Shown: piece by piece, positions 58,901 through 64,000 of the stretch
Position numbering within the stretch: the first letter of the stretch is position 1
How the letters are laid out: every line of letters starts with the position of its first letter
DNA from: an uncultured Acidobacteriota bacterium
GTDB taxonomy: Bacteria > Acidobacteriota > Vicinamibacteria > Vicinamibacterales > 2-12-FULL-66-21
Assembly (NCBI GenBank): GCA_963820905.1
Contig: CAWGBU010000002.1
Span: 366,144-430,143, forward strand
DNA length: 64,000 nt
Direction of reading: 5' to 3'
Program-made: the position numbers and the translations under genes
Notes under the pieces: generated by a model
The model's database searches: none
Seen by the model: the letters and a program-made list of their open reading frames with translations, nothing else
What the model was told of the DNA's origin: nothing

Positions 58901-59256
58901 GCCTCGAACGGCCGCTCGCGAAGCAACGCGGACGCGAACGCGTGGATGGTGGAGACGTGCGCGCGCTCGAGGTCGACGAGCGCGCGCGACAGCCTGGGCG
59001 CCTGCTCGGGTGCCGATGACGGGATAGCGCTTTCGAGCGCATCGCGGAGCCGCAGCTTGAGCTCGCCGGCGGCCGCCTCGGTAAAGGTTATCGCCACGAC
59101 TCGATCGAGCGTCGTCGTTCCCGTCACAACCAGGTTCACCAGTCGATCGACGAGCACGGTCGTCTTGCCGGTGCCCGCCCCGGCTTCCAGGACGATCGTG
59201 GTGGCGAAGTCGGTGCGGACGCGATCGCGGATTGCCTGATCCGGAGCGGGTTTCAC
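55936..59256 (-). CDS. AddA-like ATP-dependent helicase/nuclease (UvrD-family helicase plus C-terminal PD-(D/E)XK nuclease)
   Basis: Intact 1106-aa ORF. Walker A GAGTGKT, UvrD helicase motifs, and a C-terminal nuclease region. Confidence 0.8.
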   Translation of the reverse strand: MKPAPDQAIRDRVRTDFATTIVLEAGAGTGKTTVLVDRLVNLVVTGTTTLDRVVAITFTEAAAGELKLRLRDALESAIPSSAPEQAPRLSRALVDLERAHVSTIHAFASALLRERPFEAGVDPGFEVIADVAGRRTFDDTWSEWIEDRLAAGDPVLMRAVNIGLAIGDLQRAARIAAGERDVLGLPVEHDPIDPPAFLAEIFEAIEGLKKQQAHCVNEADAAFQMIQELDERARQAKRLSGTALELFFRRLKITAHKGTQGNWNPKSVCADVKAELKRVKERVEAWVEEADADLNAALRGRLLDLLQRYQQRKSESALADFQDLLIRARDVIVRSIPVRRYFQARFDRILVDEFQDTDPLQAELVAFLAEDPATPPATDWHRVSLLPGKLFVVGDPKQSIYRFRRADLKIYEEVKALVQRCGGDVLPLTANFRTVPSVITFINERFRAIFTEPGDPAPIDLQPYRAELDDKGARTVALTLPVDRVPQETSIAVRRAAVAETIAAFVSEITDTRPWSVYDPELKKSRAARPGDVAILVRKMTPEFIAPFEEQLRVREVSYRLVGGKEYFARDEVRALASVLRAIDNPADRLSLVQALRSPFFAVSDADLFLFTSTGGILNINAPQDESVQGLEIFAPIFKMLTRLHRLRRIESPSVIIEELFSRTRALPAFLARPSGAQAVANLWKVLETARAYEAAAPATLRAFVRFLQDEEASSQAEGDSPVGEPIGASVEIVTVHKAKGLEYPIVIVADLFTSRVPSGDCIIDHAGRRGWLKIGKFKPDGWEQQAQNEDLEQDAEGRRLLYVAATRARDHLVIPCLPGQTVESWLGPLANPLVCEAEDIPFGQRRGGVSWFDSRRLAFDVDAAPVPRGTGALDGAIQDGRRARAAQESWIEARRSDRERARARGIVLLTPSNEPEAPASWRAASTGAQRLYGIESEGEPHELSSTAPAPEDAGGLERSSFAQYLHEILSAVDFSGKDLERIGRTLARPYGHSEPEVASAIEIVRRTLNLSPIAEVKRARRVFRDVPVAGNAPEGRMQAKVDLLFETDNGWRLVDFKTDTVLAPEALKKRSEQLSGYAATLSAVLHRPVSSSVCLVRSGELIEIA

Positions 59257-62200
59257 TTGACCTCCCGCATCCGGTAGAACGCCGCGAGGCGCGGGTCACC
59301 TTTCTTCCGCGCCGCTCGCATCTCCTTCTGTGGACCGCAGATGTCGAGGTAGTCGCAGTATTCACAGTCGTCCGCGATCGGCGCGAATACCCCGGCGCGC
59401 ACCGTGTCATCGAGCGTAACGAGAATGTGCTTGAGCGTCTCGCGCGCGGTGTCGGTGCCTTCGATGCGCTTCGTCTTGAACCGGCCGTAGGCCGTGCAGT
59501 GGTAGTAGCGCGATTCCGTCACGACATGCTTCGGATACGCCGACGCCGCGGCGAGAATGTAGATCGCGAGCTGAACGTTCCGGCCGCCCTTGAACTCGTC
59601 CTCGTCCTGCCACTTGTACTTGCCGCTCTTGTAGTCGGTCACGCGGACACGCTTCGGCTGTTGCGCGACGTCCACGCGATCCATGAAGCCGCTGAAGCTG
59701 AGGCTTCGGCCGCGCGCGAACTCGAACGCGACGTCATCGAACTCCAGCTCGAACTTGTCGGGCACGAACTCGGCTCCGTCTTTCGCTTCACGCTCGAGCA
59801 GATCGTCGAGATCCGCTCCCATCTGATCGCGCACCGCGCTCACGAGACCGGGATGAACGATCGTGCCGGCACGCATCAGTGCGGCAAACTCTTCGTCGAG
59901 AAGCTCCTGGCCGCGTCGCGCGATCGATTCCAGCGCTTCGGGCTTCAGGGGAAGCGCCTTCTGACGCTTGAGCTCAGAGAACAGCTGCTCGAGCACATCG
60001 TGCATGATGTTGCCGGCATCACGCCGGTCCAGCGCATACGTGCGCTCCGGCTCTTCCCAGGGGCGCAGCTTGAGGCCGAAGCGCAGGAAATGGCGGTACG
60101 GACAGGTCGCAAGCGTCTCGACTTCGGTCGCGGACACCTGACGTCCCTTGAGGGAGAGCTCCTTCAGCGCGTCCTTGCATGTATCGACGTCGACCAGCCC
60201 GTCCCACGGCGTCAGCGAGCGGCGCCACGATGCGCGCTCGGCATCGCGAGACCGCCGGACATTCGGTGCCTCGTCCACGAGATGCCGGGCCGCGCCCTTC
60301 TCGCCGTAGGCAGCGAGCGCCAGGTCGCGCTCGAACACGTCGACGGCGCGATCGGCCTTTTTCGGATACGGACGCCCGAGCGTCGTCTCTCCACCAGACG
60401 CCAGCGCCGCGAGCTGCTCCGCAGACACGCGCGTGCCGATGGCAGCCCTTGCTGCGCGCAGTAGAAACGAAGACGGCACGCGGTCCCGTCCGGACTGCCC
60501 GTCGACGCGAGGGTACGAGAGGACGAGCCTCTCGCCCGCTGCGGCGCAGGCGTCGACGAATTCGAGGCGTTCTGCTTCCTGTTCGTCTGCGCTCGTCCGG
60601 AGTTCCGCCGAGAGCGCCGAGCGCTCCTCGTCGAGCAGCAGAGGGTCTGGGCGCGCAACCGACGGAAAACGCCGCTCCACGAGGCCTGGCACGAACACGA
60701 CGCGGAAGCGAAGGCCCGCGGCAACGCTCGTCGGTCCGACGAACACCCGTCCGTCGGCAAGCGATCCTTCGCGATACACCTGTGAAGCGATCAGCTCGCG
60801 TACACGGGCGAGGAACTGCGCCTGCGTCGGAGTCGGGCCGAATCGATCGAGCGGGCCGATCAGACGTTCGAGGCGCTCCTTCGTCAGCTGACCGCGGTCA
60901 ATCCAGCCGGATAGAAGCGCAAGCGTGGCGTCCAGGAACTCGCGCCACGCACCCTCTTGCGGAAAGCCTGTCAGGTCTCGATGGAGCCGCTCGACGATGG
61001 CTTCGAGCGAGTCGATGAGCGCGACTTCATCCTCGAACTCGCGCTCCTCGGCGTTTTCCCTGGCAGCCCGCAACCCGGTGCGCCATTGGTCGATGCCTGA
61101 GACGATACCCGCCCGCGCCGAGATTCGGTCCCATCGTGCCGGGCTGATGCGGGCGTCTTCACCGAGAATTTTCTGATACGGGATGCGTGCCGTCGTCAGG
61201 AACTCGGCGACCTGGGCACGATCGAGGTCGGCGCCGGCGAGATCGAGCAGCAGTCCGAGCGCGCGGGCCGCCGGGTCGACGCGTGGCACACCGTCGAGGA
61301 AGAACGCGCTGATGCCTGCACGGTCGAACGCCGACGCAAGGTGAGAAGCGTATGTCGAGGGCGTTCGCAGGAGCACGGCCATCTCCTGAAACCTCACCCC
61401 TCGTGCCGCTTCGTCCAGGATGAGGCGAGCGATTTCGACCGCCTCGAGCGACTCGCCCGGTGCGGACAAGAACTGCACCGACCAATCGGCTCCGCGCGCT
61501 TTCGTGTGGCCGTCCTCTGCGAACACCGAGCGCTGCACGCGCGCCAGCGCGCTCTCCTTCTTCGGTGTGGCAACGCACGGCACACAAGCCACGCCCATGC
61601 GCGACGTCGCCCGTGTGGCCGCTGCCTCGCGCCGCGGCGCGGTTCCTGCGGTCCGATTCGAGCCCACCCACGCGAACGGATGCACGCGCGCCGCCGTCCC
61701 GAGGAGCGCCTCGAAACCAGCGGACTCGAGGGCGTCTCCGACGAGGACGATGCCAGCGGCTTCGAGCGGCAACCGCTTCCGCCGCGCGGCGATAAACGGA
61801 CTCGCGATCCAGCAGGCCCGCCGCTTTCAAACGCGCGAAATACGTCCGCGCCAGGCGTGCGAGGAGTCGAGCCTTCTCGGGATCCGGCACCGTCGCCGCG
61901 AGCTGTTCGAGGCTCTCGGCTGCGACGCCAGCCGCGGACAGATCGCGCAGCGTGCGCAGCGCCGTTGGCGCGAACCCCGACATCTCAACCGCGTTCTTCA
62001 GATAATCGGGCGTCGCCTTCGCTACCGACGCTGCCGCCGCGGCGAGCACGATGGCGACGTCCACGTCTTCAGGAGTCGCCAGGAGTCCTTCGACGAGAGC
62101 CCGATGCCCGGCGATGCGCCACGCGAACTCATGCGGCATCTCGACGTGCACCGCCAGGCAGGCGCTGTCGTTGAAGAGCGCGCGCTCGAGAAGAGTGGCG

Positions 62201-62334
62201 AGCGCGTGATTCGGGACGATGACGTGGATGGGAAGGAGCGTCTCGGTCGAGCGCTGTTCCCGAATCGCCGCCTCGACCTGCGCCACGAGTTCAGGTGAGA
62301 CCGGCCAGGGCAACGAAGGCTTCGTGGCAGGCAT
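59253..62334 (-). CDS. AddB-like helicase-nuclease partner (PD-(D/E)XK nuclease with a Cys cluster), carrying one frameshift near 61770
   Basis: The N-terminus (MPATKPSLPWPVSPELVAQVEAAIREQ...) is in one frame up to ...YRRAAEAVA. The remainder (PLEAAGIVLVGDALES... through the C-terminal CPYRHF...CEYCDYLDIC Fe-S/nuclease motifs) is in a +1-shifted frame. The junction gaagcggttg|ccgctc is consistent with a 1-nt indel. Confidence 0.7.
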
Positions 62335-62395
62335 GGCAGTAGCTGGTCGCGAACACTATGTCGAGCGGTCCGCGCGGGAATAGACCGAAGGGGTT

Positions 62396-62472
<77 letters not shown>

Positions 62473-62690
62473 AAATCAGTCGACAGCCACACAGTCGTCA
62501 GTCGGCAGTCGACGGTCGTCAGTCCTAGTCGACAGTCACAGTCGACAGTCGACGGTCGCAGGTGATCGTCATCGTAGCACAACGACTACCGACTGCCGAC
62601 TGTGACTGTCGACTGAGACTGCCGACTGCACGACTGCCGACTGTCGACTGTCACAGTCACTGTCATCTCTTCTTGGCCGCTCAATTTCGT
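62473..62690. repeat. Palindromic tandem hexamer array, (CAGTCG)n then a central spacer then (CGACTG)n, 5' of tRNA-Arg(TCG); it overlaps the 3' end of the methyltransferase ORF
   Basis: aaatcagtcgacagccacacagtcgtcagtcggcagtcgacggtcgtcagtcctagtcgacagtcacagtcgacagtcgacggtcgcaggtgatcgtcatcgtagcacaacgactaccgactgccgactgtgactgtcgactgagactgccgactgcacgactgccgactgtcgactgtcacagtcactgtc. Confidence 0.85.
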
Positions 62691-63494
62691 TTTCGTGCCA
62701 CCCTTGGTGACCGTGCCTTCCATCACGTTGCCCTTCACGCGTCCCTCGTATTCCGCGCCGTCGGCGGTGAACCGAATCTGATCGCCGCGCAGCCGGCCGT
62801 TGCTGACCGAGGCCGCGGTGCCGCCGGACGTCAGCGTGCCGGACACCATCTGGAACTCCTGCGTCAGCGCGAGCTCGCCGGCGGGCAACACCCACGTGCC
62901 CTGCACCCTGGCCGGCACGATCCACAGCAGCGACGTGCACCAGTTCGTGCAGTCCTGTTCGAGCTGCTGTCGCTCGTCCGGCGTCCAGCCGGTCATGCCG
63001 AACGTGTTCGCGACGATGCGCGTGCCCGGTTTCATCTCGAGGAACTTCGGCGTGAGCCGGTCGAGGTTCTCCGTCAGGAGAAACAACGCCAGGACCGTTG
63101 CTTTCGAGATGTCCGCGGCGTACATGTCGCCCTGCACGAACGACGCTTTGTCGGCGACGCCTTCCTTCGCCGCCTCGCGATTCGAGAAAGTGACCAGATC
63201 CGGGTTGTACTCGACGCCCACGCCGCGGGCGCCGCGCTTCGCCGCCGCAATCACGTTGCGGCCGTCGCCGGATCCGAGATCCATCACGAAGTCAGACGAG
63301 GTGACCTTCGCCATGTCGAGCATCTTCTCGACGAGCGCGGGCGAGGTCGGCACCCACACCGCGTCCTTGCCCGGCTGGCCGACCTGCGGCTTGTACTGAT
63401 CGGGCGCGGTCTGCGCCAGCACGGGCGCCGCGGCCGTGAGCACGGCGCCCACCATCGCACCGAGGATCATCGTGAAACGCGAACTGCGAACCAT
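62586..63494 (-). CDS. Secreted class I SAM-dependent methyltransferase
   Basis: Signal peptide. SAM-binding motif I VMDLGSGDGRNVIAAAKRG. The last 30 or so codons (VTVTVDSRQSCSRQSQSTVTVGSR) are encoded by the hexamer array, so the true stop is uncertain. Confidence 0.65.
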   Translation of the reverse strand: MVRSSRFTMILGAMVGAVLTAAAPVLAQTAPDQYKPQVGQPGKDAVWVPTSPALVEKMLDMAKVTSSDFVMDLGSGDGRNVIAAAKRGARGVGVEYNPDLVTFSNREAAKEGVADKASFVQGDMYAADISKATVLALFLLTENLDRLTPKFLEMKPGTRIVANTFGMTGWTPDERQQLEQDCTNWCTSLLWIVPARVQGTWVLPAGELALTQEFQMVSGTLTSGGTAASVSNGRLRGDQIRFTADGAEYEGRVKGNVMEGTVTKGGTKTKLSGQEEMTVTVTVDSRQSCSRQSQSTVTVGSR

Positions 63495-63507
63495 CGTCGG
63501 AACTCCT

Positions 63508-64000
63508 TTATTCGGTAGTGGCGTGCTTCGGCAGGAAGTAGACCTCTTCCTTCAGCGCCTCTTTCTTCCAGCCGCGGCGGCGCAGGATGGCTTTGCCGTG
63601 CTCGACCATCTCCGGGTGGCCGCAGAGATACGCGGTCGTCGTGCTCGTGTCGAGCCCCCACTGGTCGGCGTACTTGCGAATCAGATCGTCCACGCGTCCG
63701 GTCTCGCCCGTCCACTCGGGATCGTCCCACGGCCGGCTGACCGTCGGCACGTACGTCAGCCACGGGACCTCGGCGGCAATGCGCTCCATTTCGTCGCGGT
63801 ACCCGAACTCGCGCGACAGGCTGGCGCCGTGGACGACGTAGAGCCTGTGCTCGCCCTTGAAGCGTCCCTCCTTCCAGTCGGTCAGGAGCCCGCGCGCGAA
63901 GCTGACGAACGGCGCGATGCCCGTCACGGTGCACAGCAGGAGATGATGCGTCCGGCCGGTCGTCGTGTCGAGCGTGAACCGGCCCTTCGCGACCTTGCGC
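63508..64000 (-). CDS. Ferredoxin-NADP reductase-like oxidoreductase (FAD/NAD(P)-binding domain), partial; N-terminus beyond window end
   Basis: The C-terminal NAD-binding region RLYVVHGASLSRE...TAYLCGHPEMVEHGKAIL matches the FNR-family YLCGPP motif. No start within the window. Confidence 0.55.
   Translation of the reverse strand, partial: RKVAKGRFTLDTTTGRTHHLLLCTVTGIAPFVSFARGLLTDWKEGRFKGEHRLYVVHGASLSREFGYRDEMERIAAEVPWLTYVPTVSRPWDDPEWTGETGRVDDLIRKYADQWGLDTSTTTAYLCGHPEMVEHGKAILRRRGWKKEALKEEVYFLPKHATTE

Noticed and set aside
56821-59019. 732-aa plus-strand ORF antisense to the AddA-like gene
   Set aside because: Same reasoning; the AddA frame carries Walker A and nuclease motifs.

Overview
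High-GC (about 68%) bacterial chromosomal segment with roughly 50 protein genes, 3 tRNAs and no rRNA, CRISPR array, transposase or integrase. Gene content points to an Acidobacteria-like genome, though that is an inference: it includes a PadR regulator paired with an ADOP-type double-FtsX permease, a CarboxypepD_reg-type TonB-dependent receptor, and VWA and flotillin proteins. Recognisable modules run as follows. An ECF sigma/anti-sigma pair and a PHP phosphoesterase sit at the left edge. A heavily frameshifted TonB-dependent receptor and a repeat-rich noncoding stretch follow (1.8-5.7 kb). Next come the PadR-ADOP pair, a class B3 metallo-beta-lactamase, and a TVP38/VOC-dioxygenase/AsmA/polysaccharide-deacetylase block. 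An ECF sigma is translationally coupled to a Ser/Thr kinase that is disrupted by a hexamer-repeat array. After that come a LytS/LytTR two-component pair, a GGDEF cyclase and tRNA-His. A NitT/TauT-type (nitrate/bicarbonate-like) ABC transporter operon starts with an alginate-export-like porin and is divergently flanked by a HemD-like gene plus a GAF-ANTAR antiterminator. The Kdp potassium system follows, with KdpD split into separate N-terminal and kinase genes on opposite strands around kdpE, then kdpF-A-B-C. Further right are an MlaF-like ATPase, an M14 carboxypeptidase translationally coupled to Ku, divergent LigD (NHEJ) and a 2Fe-2S ferredoxin. A frameshift-riddled copper amine oxidase comes next. 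A lower-GC, gene-poor island (53.2-55.65 kb) next to tRNA-Arg carries three tiny hydrophobic ORFs, each followed by a conserved repeat element of about 55-68 nt. An addAB-like helicase-nuclease operon is flanked by two near-identical tRNA-Arg genes. A SAM-methyltransferase and a partial FNR-like oxidoreductase close the window. Two repeat families recur through the window. One is a 25-nt REP-like hairpin element (CTGTAGTGTCCGGCTKMAGCCGGAC) found 3' of genes. The other is a set of tandem hexamer arrays (CAGTCG/CGACTG, CAGCTT/AAGCTG, GGTTCA/TGAACC) that sit in divergent promoters, inside the kinase gene and 5' of both tRNA-Arg genes. Frameshifts are concentrated in a few genes while long neighbouring genes are intact, which favours real pseudogenes over uniform sequencing error, but that cannot be settled from the sequence alone.
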